A stretch of DNA of 63,512 nucleotides, filler included, from Actinomycetota bacterium (GTDB lineage: Bacteria > Actinomycetota > Actinomycetes > JAKEEW01), in NCBI GenBank assembly GCA_046725875.1. It is 5 parts of 5 records of this genome, joined end to end, with 100 filler letters (N's around TTAATTAATTAA, not from the genome) between each part and the next. Parts side by side here need not be neighbours in the genome. Positions count along the whole stretch, not along the records: positions 1 to 25,299 come from JBKOZJ010000065.1; 4 more parts are not named here. One strand, 5' to 3'. Shown here piece by piece: positions 1 through 8,883 of this stretch. The notes beneath the pieces were generated by a model. The model was not told the origin of the DNA. It was given only the letters and a program-made list of their open reading frames with translations, and did not search any database. The position numbers and the translations under genes are program-made. Each line of letters opens with the position of its first letter. The first letter of the stretch is position 1.

Positions 1-2
1 GT

Positions 3-722
3 GAACTCGTCGCCCGCGAGCTCCTTGATGTGCTGGTTGATTTCCGCCGACGAGACGTCGTGCCAGGTTGAGCGGTCGGTGCGGTAGGCGAGGAGCTCCG
101 GTCCGCCGGCGCGGCGCCGCAGCAGCGCTCGGACCACGTTGCACAGGGCCGCGTCATGCAATGTGATTGTCCGTCGAGCACCGCCCTTGGCCGGATAGTC
201 GAAGGTCACGGTCCCGTTGGAGCTTCGCACATGTTCACGCCGGATCGTGGCGAGCCCGAACGTGCCGTCATCCTCGTCATCATCGTCAGCGGGGGCGTAT
301 TGCTCGCCGCCAACCCGGAAGACACCGAGGTCGAGCATGCGCACGGCGGCTGCCAGTACTCGCTGCCGGGATAGACCGCGGCCGGCCAGGTACTCCTCCA
401 CCGCACCTCGAACTGCCGGCATCCGCCGACCGAGGCGGGCGACGCGAGCAAACTTCTCCTCGTCACGCTGCCGTCTCCACTCCTCGTGATAGAGGTACTG
501 CCTGCGTCCCGCGTCGTCGGTCCCGATGGCCTGAATATGGCCGCTGGGGTCAGGGCAAATCCAGACGTCTCGCCAGGCGGGCGGCACCGCGAGCCGGCGG
601 ATGCGCTCCAGTACCGCTTCGTCGGTGATCTTCTGGCCCGCGGGATCGCGATACGAGAACCCGCCGCCGTGCCGACGCCGGTTGATCCCCGGACCTCCTG
701 GATCCACACGCTTCAGCCGCAC
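3..722 (-). CDS. DNA topoisomerase IB (bacterial, poxvirus-like), 3' end runs off the window
   Basis: Not in ORF track. Manual translation from GTG at 722 (GGAGG upstream) gives VRLKRVDPGGPGINRRRHGGGFSY..LAVPPAWRDVWIC..GHIQAIGTDDAGRRQYLYHEEW..LDLGVFRVGGEQYA..FGLATIRREHV..FDYPAKGG..SAEINQHIKELAGDEF, which are TopIB signature motifs. Confidence 0.92.
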   Translation of the reverse strand, partial: MRLKRVDPGGPGINRRRHGGGFSYRDPAGQKITDEAVLERIRRLAVPPAWRDVWICPDPSGHIQAIGTDDAGRRQYLYHEEWRRQRDEEKFARVARLGRRMPAVRGAVEEYLAGRGLSRQRVLAAAVRMLDLGVFRVGGEQYAPADDDDEDDGTFGLATIRREHVRSSNGTVTFDYPAKGGARRTITLHDAALCNVVRALLRRRAGGPELLAYRTDRSTWHDVSSAEINQHIKELAGDEF

Positions 723-827
723 CGCCACCTCCGGGTTCGCGTGCCGAAGGGTTACCCCGAATTCGGTCGCCGACAACAGCCGGCACCTTCGTGCTCAGCG
801 CCACGAGTCGGACCTAAGCTCGGCAGA

Positions 828-1418
828 GTGTTCAGGCCTGATCTTCCGATCAAGACGCCGCGGCTGACCCTGCGGGCGCTCACTCTCGACGACTTCGTGG
901 ATGTCCACGCCTACGACTCGAGGCCGGATGTGGCCCGCTACGTTTACTGGGCGCCGCGAACGGACGAGGAGTCCAAAACGGCGCTCGGGCGCTATGCCAC
1001 TCGAACCGAGCTGGTCAAGGAGGGCGACGGGCTGGTTCTGGGGATCGTGTTGGGTGAGGCCGGCAGGGTCGTCGGCCAGGTTGATCTGCAGTGGCTGAGC
1101 CGCGTGCATCGGACCGGCGAGATCGGCTTCATCGTCAACCCCGAGTTCCGTGGTCGGGGAATTGCGGTGGAGGCAGCTGGAGTAATGTTCCGGCTCGGCT
1201 TCGAAGGCTTCGGTCTACATCGGATCATCGGCCGCTGCGACGCCCGCAATCTCGCGTCCACCCGAGTAATGGAGCGTCTTGGCATGCGTCGCGAGGCCCA
1301 TTTCATTGAGAACGAGCACGTCAAGGGGGAGTGGACCGACGAGTTCACGTACGCGATTCTGGACCGCGAATGGAAGGCCTCGACGACGGCGCCGGCCGGT
1401 CACATCGGGCATGGGTAG
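828..1418 (+). CDS. GNAT N-acetyltransferase, RimJ/RimL family
   Basis: IKTPRLTLR, GEIGFIVNPEFRGRGIA, NLASTRVMERLGMRRE motifs. GTG at 828 chosen over the track start at 486, which overlaps topIB. Confidence 0.88.
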   Translation: MFRPDLPIKTPRLTLRALTLDDFVDVHAYDSRPDVARYVYWAPRTDEESKTALGRYATRTELVKEGDGLVLGIVLGEAGRVVGQVDLQWLSRVHRTGEIGFIVNPEFRGRGIAVEAAGVMFRLGFEGFGLHRIIGRCDARNLASTRVMERLGMRREAHFIENEHVKGEWTDEFTYAILDREWKASTTAPAGHIGHG

Positions 1419-1524
1419 CTCCAGCCATCTGACTCCGGTCTAGGGGAGGTCTGCTGCGGGGCCTCGACGATGCCGATGGTGGGGTGGTGGACCGATCCAA
1501 GTCGTGACGAAGGCAGGATTACGC

Positions 1525-3090
1525 ATGGCACTCGAGACCGAGCGAAAGTACGAGTCCCAGGACAAGCGACCGCTTCCGCGGCTGACGGACTTGCCTGGAG
1601 TGATCTCGGTCGATGAACCTCAACTGCTGCGGCTGCGGGCCACGTACTTCGACACCGCCGACCTCCGGCTGGCCCAGCATGGGATCACTCTCCGCCGCCG
1701 TACCGGGGGCGATGACGCGGGCTGGCACCTGAAGCTGCCGGTGGATTCGGACACGAGGGCCGAGATTCGGGAGCCCGCCGGCCGGGCGTCGACCAGCGTG
1801 CCCGCGAGCCTGCTCGCCAAGGTTCTCGCCTACAGCCGGGCTGCCCCGTTGCTGCCCGTCGCGCAGATCAACACGGCCCGGCGCCGCCAGCGGCTGCTCG
1901 ACGATGACGGGGGAGCCATTGCCGAGCTGGCTGCCGACTCCGTCACGGCGCGGACGCTCGACGCGCTCGGTGAGCCTGCCTCCGTACTCCGCTGGCGTGA
2001 GATCGAAGTAGAGCTCGCTAACGGAGATCGCGGCCTGCTGAATTCGGTGGACGAGCTGCTGACCGCCGACGGCTTCGTGCGATCAACAGCCGGCTCGAAA
2101 CTCGCCCACCTTCTCGGCGGCCGGCTCCCGCACGGATCGCCAGCGACTCCCAGCCAGCGGGGCAAGGGTGGCTTGACCGCAGGCGACGTACTCCTTTCCT
2201 ATGCCCGCGCGCAGGTCGAAGCGCTGATGACCCACGACGCGAAGGCTCGCACCGACGAGCACGATGCAGTACACCAGATGCGGGTAGCGACGAGACGTCT
2301 CCGTAGCGTGCTTCGGCAATTCGGCAGCCTGGTCGAGCGAGATGCCGCCCAGTCGATGGACGTGGAGCTGCGCTGGCTGGCAGGAGTTCTCGGCGAAGTC
2401 CGCGACATCGAGGTCTTGCGTCAGCAAATCCTCGACGAGATCGATGGACTCTTGGCCGAGCTCGTGATCGGTCCGGTCCGCGAGCGCGTTACTTTCCAGC
2501 TCGACTCCGAGTACGACTCGGCGCGGGCGCGGCTGCTCGACGCGATGGCGAGCGAGCGGTACTTCGCTCTCTTCGACCGGCTCGATGCCTTCGTAGGCAG
2601 CCCACCGTTCACAGAGGAGGCGACCCGTCCTGCCTCCGATGTGGTGCCGGACCCGCTAAGGCGCAGCTGGCGTCGGGTTACGCGGCGAGCCAGCGAGGCT
2701 CTCGACCAGCGCCGCGGCGTCGCCACTGGGGGACAGCCCGAGGGCGAGGGCGCAGGCACCGGGATTGCCGTTGACCTCCACAACACAAGGAAGGCCATGA
2801 AACGGGTTCGCTACGTGCTCGAGGCAGTGCGGCCGGCCGTGTCGTCGCGGGTCCGGCGAGTGGGGCGGCGGCTCACCCAAATACAGGACGTGCTCGGGGC
2901 CTACCAAGATTCCGTGGTGACCCGGGAGGTCATTCAGCGGCTGTCCGGGGATGCCCGGTCTGCCGGGGAGGACACGTTCACCTACGGCGTGCTCTACCAA
3001 TCGGAGCTCGACCGCGGGCAGCGGGCGGTCGACGAGTTCGGTCCATTCTGGACCAAGGCGGCCCGCAAGATCGCCCGCCGCCTGCCATAG
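1525..3090 (+). CDS. CYTH and CHAD domain protein
   Basis: N-terminal ETERKY, YFDTADLRLA, TLRRRTGGDDAGWHLKLP, EIEVEL (CYTH); DAVHQMRVATRRLRS, LHNTRKAMKRVRY, QDVLGAYQD (CHAD). Confidence 0.9.
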   Translation: MALETERKYESQDKRPLPRLTDLPGVISVDEPQLLRLRATYFDTADLRLAQHGITLRRRTGGDDAGWHLKLPVDSDTRAEIREPAGRASTSVPASLLAKVLAYSRAAPLLPVAQINTARRRQRLLDDDGGAIAELAADSVTARTLDALGEPASVLRWREIEVELANGDRGLLNSVDELLTADGFVRSTAGSKLAHLLGGRLPHGSPATPSQRGKGGLTAGDVLLSYARAQVEALMTHDAKARTDEHDAVHQMRVATRRLRSVLRQFGSLVERDAAQSMDVELRWLAGVLGEVRDIEVLRQQILDEIDGLLAELVIGPVRERVTFQLDSEYDSARARLLDAMASERYFALFDRLDAFVGSPPFTEEATRPASDVVPDPLRRSWRRVTRRASEALDQRRGVATGGQPEGEGAGTGIAVDLHNTRKAMKRVRYVLEAVRPAVSSRVRRVGRRLTQIQDVLGAYQDSVVTREVIQRLSGDARSAGEDTFTYGVLYQSELDRGQRAVDEFGPFWTKAARKIARRLP

Positions 3091-3095
3091 GACGA

Positions 3096-3131
3096 GTTGG
3101 GGACATCCGCTGCGCCACGGGTGTCCCCAAC
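3096..3131. terminator. Hairpin between convergent genes, probable bidirectional terminator
   Basis: GTTGGGGACATCCG-N8-CGGGTGTCCCCAAC, 14-bp stem with one G-U pair. Confidence 0.7.
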
Positions 3132-3156
3132 CCGTTGTCCTACCTCGCGACAGCCG

Positions 3157-4650
3157 CTAGCCGACCGGTAGACCCGGCGGGATTCTCAGGACGAGCAGCT
3201 GACCGCCTTCCACGAGTTCAGGGTCGGCGCTCGCCTTGTGCACCTGAACATCGAGGAGATAGGCGCCTTTGCCGAGGAACGGTGCCGGGATGACGCCCGA
3301 GCTCTCCTCGTCCTGGGTGATGAAGCCCGGGGCGCCGGGGCTGAAGAACGCCGGGTCATGCTCGGCGACTCGGGCCAGACCTCGGGTTGCCGGGTCGTAC
3401 TGGTAGACCCCGCCCAGGTAGGGGTTGTTGCCGACGTCCTCCTGCGAGATGACTTGCCCGCGGGCGTTCACGGTCATGTTGTCGAGCATGCGTGGTCCAG
3501 CCTGTTCCGCATTGGGCTTTGCGGGGTCGAATGGCGGGCTCGCCACCTCGATGGTCGCGACCCCACCCGCGAGCGGGTTCGCTGGGTCGTCGAAGCGCAG
3601 CCCCCAGATCCGGGAGATCCCGGTGAACGACGCGGTGGTGTTGAAGTAGAAGTTGTGCGGGTCCGACGGATCCCAGGAGCCGTCCTCCGGACGGTTCATG
3701 TTGGACACCCCGGCTGCGACGCTAGCCGCCTGCAGCTGGGCGCCGCTGAGCCCGGACACGTCGCCGAGCGGGACGAGGCTGAAGTGTGCGCCGCCGGCCG
3801 GCACGGTAGTCCCGTCATTCTCCGTCGCCACCCCGTCGATCTTCAAGCCGTAGAGCTGTCCGCCGGTGAGACCGGCCCGGTCGACCTCGGTGCCGGACCC
3901 CTTCTTGTCGCCGATGTAGACGTAGACCTGGCCGGGTGTCGAGTCGTCGAGGCCGACGACCACGGTCTTGGCTCCGGCGTCGGGCTTCGCAACGGCGTTC
4001 TCCCAGCTGAACCTGCCGAGCCAGGGGAGGAAGTAGGAACTACCGGCACCCGGACCGGTCACGACATGGCCGAAGGCCCGCCCCTCGTCGCCGATCTCCT
4101 CGCCATCCAAGAAGATCCGCTCTTTGGTACCGAGCCCGCTCGCCGCGTCGAAGAACGCCGAGGCCCGAGGCAGGTCCGCCGAGCACAGCCGCCCGATGGT
4201 CAGCTCGGGGTCCCCGACGGCGATCTGCTGCCATTGGCCGCCGACGGACCGGTACACCTTCTTGATCAAGTCTTCGGCGTGCGTGACCTGGAGGGTTTCC
4301 TTGTCCACGATCCAGCGAGATACGAACGCGCCTTTGGCGCCGTGCGCGCGCACGACTCCCAAGTTGGCTGAGATTTCGTGATTCATCAGCACCGTGAAGG
4401 TGCCATCGCCATTGTCATAGGCGCCGAGCCCGTCGGGAATCCCGGCCATCCGGTATCCCCCGACTGAGTCCCCGGTTGTCAGCACGCTCGTGGTGACGAC
4501 CCCGGACTGGGTCCTGATCAGGTACGGCGGCTGGGAACTCGACGGCCCCTGCTCCGCGCCAGGGGCGGCCGAGGAGGTCGCCGTGGTGGCTGCCAGGGCT
4601 GCCGCCGTGGCTGTCACCGTGGCTGCGACGATTGACGCCGGCTTTCTCAT
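3157..4650 (-). CDS. Secreted PhoX/DUF839-like alkaline phosphatase family protein
   Basis: Ala-rich signal peptide; GIPDGLGA, VLMNHE, LGRFSWEN, RPEDGSWDP, MLDNMTV, QEDVG, EESSG, DVQVH motifs resemble PhoX-like beta-propellers. Confidence 0.65.
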   Translation of the reverse strand: MRKPASIVAATVTATAAALAATTATSSAAPGAEQGPSSSQPPYLIRTQSGVVTTSVLTTGDSVGGYRMAGIPDGLGAYDNGDGTFTVLMNHEISANLGVVRAHGAKGAFVSRWIVDKETLQVTHAEDLIKKVYRSVGGQWQQIAVGDPELTIGRLCSADLPRASAFFDAASGLGTKERIFLDGEEIGDEGRAFGHVVTGPGAGSSYFLPWLGRFSWENAVAKPDAGAKTVVVGLDDSTPGQVYVYIGDKKGSGTEVDRAGLTGGQLYGLKIDGVATENDGTTVPAGGAHFSLVPLGDVSGLSGAQLQAASVAAGVSNMNRPEDGSWDPSDPHNFYFNTTASFTGISRIWGLRFDDPANPLAGGVATIEVASPPFDPAKPNAEQAGPRMLDNMTVNARGQVISQEDVGNNPYLGGVYQYDPATRGLARVAEHDPAFFSPGAPGFITQDEESSGVIPAPFLGKGAYLLDVQVHKASADPELVEGGQLLVLRIPPGLPVG

Positions 4651-4916
4651 CGTATGTCTCTCCTCCGAGTGGGTCGCCATGAGGCGCTCGCGCCCGGCTG
4701 GGTGTACGGGTAACGAACGCGACGGTATGGAGTAGCAATGGCCGGCAGAGGTCGACAAGGTGACGAATCGTTAGCTGCGGACCCAACACCAGTAACTTTC
4801 GCCACCGGGCGTATACCTCCGTCATCAGCCTAGTGTGACCGGCTGCCGGTGATCGTACTGCTCCTGATATGTGATCTCCGGCGGGATCTGCGGTCTCCTG
4901 GTGGAGCCGTCGGGGA

Positions 4917-5285
4917 TCATGGGCGGGCGCTGGCGGCGACGGGTTCGTGAGTGAACAGCTCGGCAAGCCGGTCCATCGCTCCGGGGACCAGCCAGTAATA
5001 GACCCAGGTACCCCGCCGCTCACCTGCGATCAGCCCGGCCTCGCGGAGCACCTTGAGATGATGGGAGATGGTGGGTGCGGTCTGATCGAACGCGTCGGTC
5101 AGCTCGCAGACACAGACCTCACCGCCCTCGTGGGAGCCGATCATCGACAGCAGCCGCAGTCGGACCGGGTCTCCGAGCGCCTTGAGGACGGTCGCAAGAT
5201 CGGTGGCCTCGGCGGCGGTGAGTGGCTCGCTTACCAGCGGGGCGCAACAGCCTTGCGTCAGCATAGGCAGGAGCTGATTCGGCAT
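4917..5285 (-). CDS. arsR: ArsR/SmtB metalloregulator (arsenic type)
   Basis: KALGDPVRLRLL, EVCVCEL (CVC box), SHHLKVLREAGLI, N-terminal CC; divergent from arsM. Confidence 0.9.
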   Translation of the reverse strand: MPNQLLPMLTQGCCAPLVSEPLTAAEATDLATVLKALGDPVRLRLLSMIGSHEGGEVCVCELTDAFDQTAPTISHHLKVLREAGLIAGERRGTWVYYWLVPGAMDRLAELFTHEPVAASARP

Positions 5286-5407
5286 ATCTCAAATTTGACA
5301 GATCTCGAAGCAGGGTGCAAACTGGGCCTTACTTAGACGCAAGTCAAAGCAGCACGCAAAGGTTTTATGCATCACGAGGTATCCGCCCGGACCGGAAGGA
5401 CCCAAAC

Positions 5408-6187
5408 ATGACCGACGAGACCGACGTCGAGCTTCGTGAACGCGTCCGGGCGCGCTATGCGACCGCCGCCCTCCAAGTCAGTTCCGGTACTCAAGGGTCC
5501 TGCTGCGGTGACGGCTGCGGATGCGGTCCCGCCGAAACAGGCGAGACCGGGCTTGGAGCCAGCCTCTACAGCGCCACGGAGCGCGAGAATCTGCCGGCCG
5601 ACGCGATCGAGGCCAGCCTGGGCTGCGGCAACCCACACGCAGTCGCGGACCTCCACGACGGCGAGACCGTACTCGACCTGGGCTCTGGCGGCGGCATCGA
5701 CGTCCTGCTGTCCGCCCGGCGGGTCGGACCGACCGGCAAGGCCTACGGGGTGGACATGACCGACGAGATGCTCGACTTGGCCCGGGCCAATGCCGCGAAG
5801 GCCGGCGCGGTCAACGTCGAGTTCCTCAAGGGCGCGATCGAGGCCATCCCGCTTCCCGCCGAGACGGTCGACGTGGTCATCTCCAACTGCGTCATCAACC
5901 TGTCCACCGACAAGCCCGCAGTGTTCCGCGAAGCCTTCCGCGTGCTCAAACCCGGCGGACGCATTGGCGTCACCGACATCGTCGCCGAAGACCACCTCAC
6001 GCCGGCCGACCGCGCGCTACGCGGCGACTACGTCGGCTGCATCGCCGGCGCCCTCTCCGTCACCGAATACCGCCTCGGTCTGACGGCCGCCGGATTCACT
6101 GACATCGACATCAACCCCACCCATCAGGTTGCCGACGGCATGAACTCAGCGATCGTTCGCGCAGTCAAACCAGCCAACCCAAACTGA
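5408..6187 (+). CDS. arsM: Arsenite S-adenosylmethionine methyltransferase
   Basis: [37 protein letters not shown] conserved Cys motifs; next to arsR. Confidence 0.92.
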   Translation: MTDETDVELRERVRARYATAALQVSSGTQGSCCGDGCGCGPAETGETGLGASLYSATERENLPADAIEASLGCGNPHAVADLHDGETVLDLGSGGGIDVLLSARRVGPTGKAYGVDMTDEMLDLARANAAKAGAVNVEFLKGAIEAIPLPAETVDVVISNCVINLSTDKPAVFREAFRVLKPGGRIGVTDIVAEDHLTPADRALRGDYVGCIAGALSVTEYRLGLTAAGFTDIDINPTHQVADGMNSAIVRAVKPANPN

Positions 6188-6202
6188 GGAAGCGAGCACA
6201 CC

Positions 6203-6496
6203 ATGCCGGGGGCCAGCGAACAGACACGTCGCGTCAAGGTCCTCAACGCCAACTGGACAGCCGGACGGGACGGTGACGACGGCCACTTCGAGCTCATGCT
6301 GGTGACCGAGGACGACGAGCAGCATACGGTCGCGCCCAGCCCGGCCGCGCTTATCGCCCTGCTTGACTTGGCCCGTGCGGACACCATCCTCTTGTGGGAC
6401 TCGGCCAACCAGACTCTGATCGCGGCCAACATCGTCGGCACCTGGCTCACGCCCACCGGCCTCACCCGGGCGAGCCTGACTACCGCCGACCACTGA
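6203..6496 (+). CDS. Hypothetical protein (97 aa)
   Basis: GAGG RBS, 15 bp after arsM, typical high-GC codon use; function not recognised. Confidence 0.65.
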   Translation: MPGASEQTRRVKVLNANWTAGRDGDDGHFELMLVTEDDEQHTVAPSPAALIALLDLARADTILLWDSANQTLIAANIVGTWLTPTGLTRASLTTADH

Positions 6497-6537
6497 CGAG
6501 CGGTTTCGCGGCCAAGGCCAACTCGGCCATAACCGAT

Positions 6538-7200
6538 CTATGCCCGCGTTACGTGGACGCAGCACCGGTTGGAGCCCTCGATCGCGACCATCGTGTATCC
6601 CGTTTCCTCCGCTCCGTCTGCGACGCCGCGGAGCAGCTCGATGTTGAGCCCGCAGATCAGGTCGGTGAACTCGCGCGCCAACTGACGAAACGGGCAGTTG
6701 CCGAGCACCCATCCGCTGCTGCCGTCGGGCCGAGGCCGATAGCCATAGTCCGCCAGCGCCGCGGGGAGCGAGTCGGCCGCCTTTCCGATCTCGTATCCGA
6801 CGTCGTGGGCAATCCGGTGCGCAACGGGCTCTACCGGCTCGCCGCTGCGGGTGGACTGGACTATTGCCGCGGCGAGCATCTCGCCAGCCACCTCGTATCG
6901 GCGCTCGGGGACGCTGACGGCTAGCTCCTGATCCGGGCGACGGTAGAGCTTGGCCGGACGCCCGGCACCTGGACCGGTGCGCCCGCTCAGCCGCCGGTAC
7001 TCGACAGCCAGGAGCCCCTCGGCGGCGAGCCGGTCGAGGTGAAAGGCTGCCGTGCTGCGCTTGAGTCCCAACGCCGCCGCGGCTGCGTCGCGTCCAACGG
7101 GGTTCTCGCTGCCCACGACGTAGTCGTAAAGGGCCCGGCGCACCGGATCGACGAGGGCGGCGATCGCCGTCAATCGCTGTCCAGGACTTAGTTGAGCCAT
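6538..7200 (-). CDS. ArsR-like HTH regulator with Cys-rich C-terminus (COG2345/SufR-like)
   Basis: DPVRRALY, TAAFHLDRLAAEGLL, GAGRPAKLY, NCPF..ICGLN..RCCV. Confidence 0.85.
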   Translation of the reverse strand: MAQLSPGQRLTAIAALVDPVRRALYDYVVGSENPVGRDAAAAALGLKRSTAAFHLDRLAAEGLLAVEYRRLSGRTGPGAGRPAKLYRRPDQELAVSVPERRYEVAGEMLAAAIVQSTRSGEPVEPVAHRIAHDVGYEIGKAADSLPAALADYGYRPRPDGSSGWVLGNCPFRQLAREFTDLICGLNIELLRGVADGAEETGYTMVAIEGSNRCCVHVTRA

Positions 7201-7207
7201 GCCGGCA

Positions 7208-7254
7208 TTCTAACGCTAACCAGTCTTGACGAAAGAGTTCGAGCCTTCTAACGT
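7208..7254 (+). promoter_or_regulatory. Sigma70-type promoter and probable operator upstream of the folE-like gene
   Basis: TTGACG (7226-7231)-N17-TAACGT (7249-7254); TTCTAACG occurs at 7208 and 7246. Confidence 0.6.
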
Positions 7255-7287
7255 GAGGCAAGATTGCCTTTAGAGGGAGTTGGACCG

Positions 7288-7977
7288 GTGAACGATCAGT
7301 TGCGGCAGCTGAGCCACCGACACGAAAGCGACGGGTTGCGTGGTGACAGCCTCGACCTCGACCTGCCGCATTGGGGCGCGAGAACGGAGCGGAGGATCAG
7401 CCCGGAGCACTGGGCCAGGTTCGAGGGTTACCTGGCCGAGATCTTCAGTGCCTTGGGCATGCCGGATGGACCGTCCACTGCCGACACGCCACACCGGTTT
7501 CTCCGTGCACTCTTCGATGCGACCAGCGGCTACGAGGGCGACGAGAAATTGGTCACCGCCTTCCCTACTGAATGTAACGGCGGTTCGGACTGTCGCATCA
7601 GTCAGGTAGTGGAGGGACCAATCCCGTTCTTCTGCCTGTGCGAGCACCACAGCCTGCCGTTTTTCGGCACGGCGCACGTTGGCTACATCGCGCACGAGCA
7701 CATCCTCGGGCTGTCCAAGCTGACCCGGCTGGTGCGGCTGTTCGCGCGCCGATTCTCGATGCAGGAGCGGATCGGCCAACAGCTCGCAGATGCGTTGATG
7801 GACATCCTCTCCCCGCATGGGGCGGCGGTGCACCTGGAAGCGGTTCACCTTTGCACGCAGATGCGCGGCGTCCGGGAGATCGAGTCCAGCACCCGCACGA
7901 CGTACTGGCGCGGCAACTACGACAGTGATCCACAGCTACGGGCTGAGTTCTTCGCGCTGTGCGGTCTGCGCGGGTGA
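7288..7977 (+). CDS. folE: GTP cyclohydrolase I (atypical FolE paralog)
   Basis: DTPHRF, LCEHHSLPFFG, LGLSKLTRLV, MQERIG, HLCTQMRGV; Zn ligands intact. Confidence 0.88.
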   Translation: MNDQLRQLSHRHESDGLRGDSLDLDLPHWGARTERRISPEHWARFEGYLAEIFSALGMPDGPSTADTPHRFLRALFDATSGYEGDEKLVTAFPTECNGGSDCRISQVVEGPIPFFCLCEHHSLPFFGTAHVGYIAHEHILGLSKLTRLVRLFARRFSMQERIGQQLADALMDILSPHGAAVHLEAVHLCTQMRGVREIESSTRTTYWRGNYDSDPQLRAEFFALCGLRG

Positions 7978-7982
7978 CCGGC

Positions 7983-8870
7983 ATGGCCGTGCGCAGAGTC
8001 GCGATACACCCAGCCGGAACGGTGGCCGAGCCGCTCGAGGTGTTGTACGAGGAGGCGGGCCTCCCTCGCTGGGGCTTGCCGCCGGATTTGGCTGCGACCT
8101 ACGGTGGCGACCTCGGCTTCGCCGTGCCGAGTGTGTACGCGAATTTCGTCGCTTCGCTCGACGGGGTTGTCGCCCTCGGGCCGGAGTACCCATCGTCTGG
8201 CTCGGCGATCAGTGGTCGTGAGCCCGCCGACCGGTTCGTCATGGGCCTGCTACGAGCCTGTGCGGACGCCGCTCTAGTCGGCGCCGGAACACTGCGAGCC
8301 ACACCGCGTCACCAGTGGACACCCGAGCACGTCTATCCTCCGGCCGCCGCCGACTTCGCCGCCTTCCGACGCCGGATGGGCCGGCCGGCTCGGCCGGAGC
8401 TGGTCGTCGTCACCGCTGGCGGCGATGTACCAGCGGACCACCCGGCCCTCGTGGCGGGAGCATTCATCGCTACTACCGCGGCCGGAGCGCGGCGACTCCA
8501 CGGGCGCCTGCCCTCTACCTGCACGGTAGTTCCTGTTGGCGAGGGGAACTCCTTGCGGATGGCCGATGTACGCGCCGCCCTTTCCGCTCGGGGGCACCGC
8601 GCGGTGCTGACGGAGGGCGGGCCGCGCGTTCTCGGCCAGCTCGTCGCCGAGGGATTGCTTGATGAACTGTTCCTGACTACGTCGCCGGTGCTTGCCGGGC
8701 GCGGCAGGACATCCCGTCCCGGGTTGATCGACGGGCTCGAGCTGTTGCCGGACTCGCCGGAGTGGTCCGACCTGTTGAGCGCCCGACGGCGGGCCTCTTA
8801 CCTCTTCCTTCGCTACCGGATTCACCAGGCCGATCGGAGCGCGGTTGGCCACCACAGTGACACCAGATGA
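7983..8870 (+). CDS. Stand-alone RibD C-terminal / dihydrofolate reductase-like protein
   Basis: ANFVASLDG, LRACADAALVGAGTLRA, VLTEGGPRVLG, LLDELFLTTSPVLAG, LFLRYR; no deaminase domain. Confidence 0.85.
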   Translation: MAVRRVAIHPAGTVAEPLEVLYEEAGLPRWGLPPDLAATYGGDLGFAVPSVYANFVASLDGVVALGPEYPSSGSAISGREPADRFVMGLLRACADAALVGAGTLRATPRHQWTPEHVYPPAAADFAAFRRRMGRPARPELVVVTAGGDVPADHPALVAGAFIATTAAGARRLHGRLPSTCTVVPVGEGNSLRMADVRAALSARGHRAVLTEGGPRVLGQLVAEGLLDELFLTTSPVLAGRGRTSRPGLIDGLELLPDSPEWSDLLSARRRASYLFLRYRIHQADRSAVGHHSDTR

Positions 8871-8883
8871 CACAGAGGAGGCG

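Noticed and set aside
486..827. N-terminal extension of the GNAT ORF in the track
   Set aside because: Antisense to the topoisomerase IB gene; similarity starts at GTG 828
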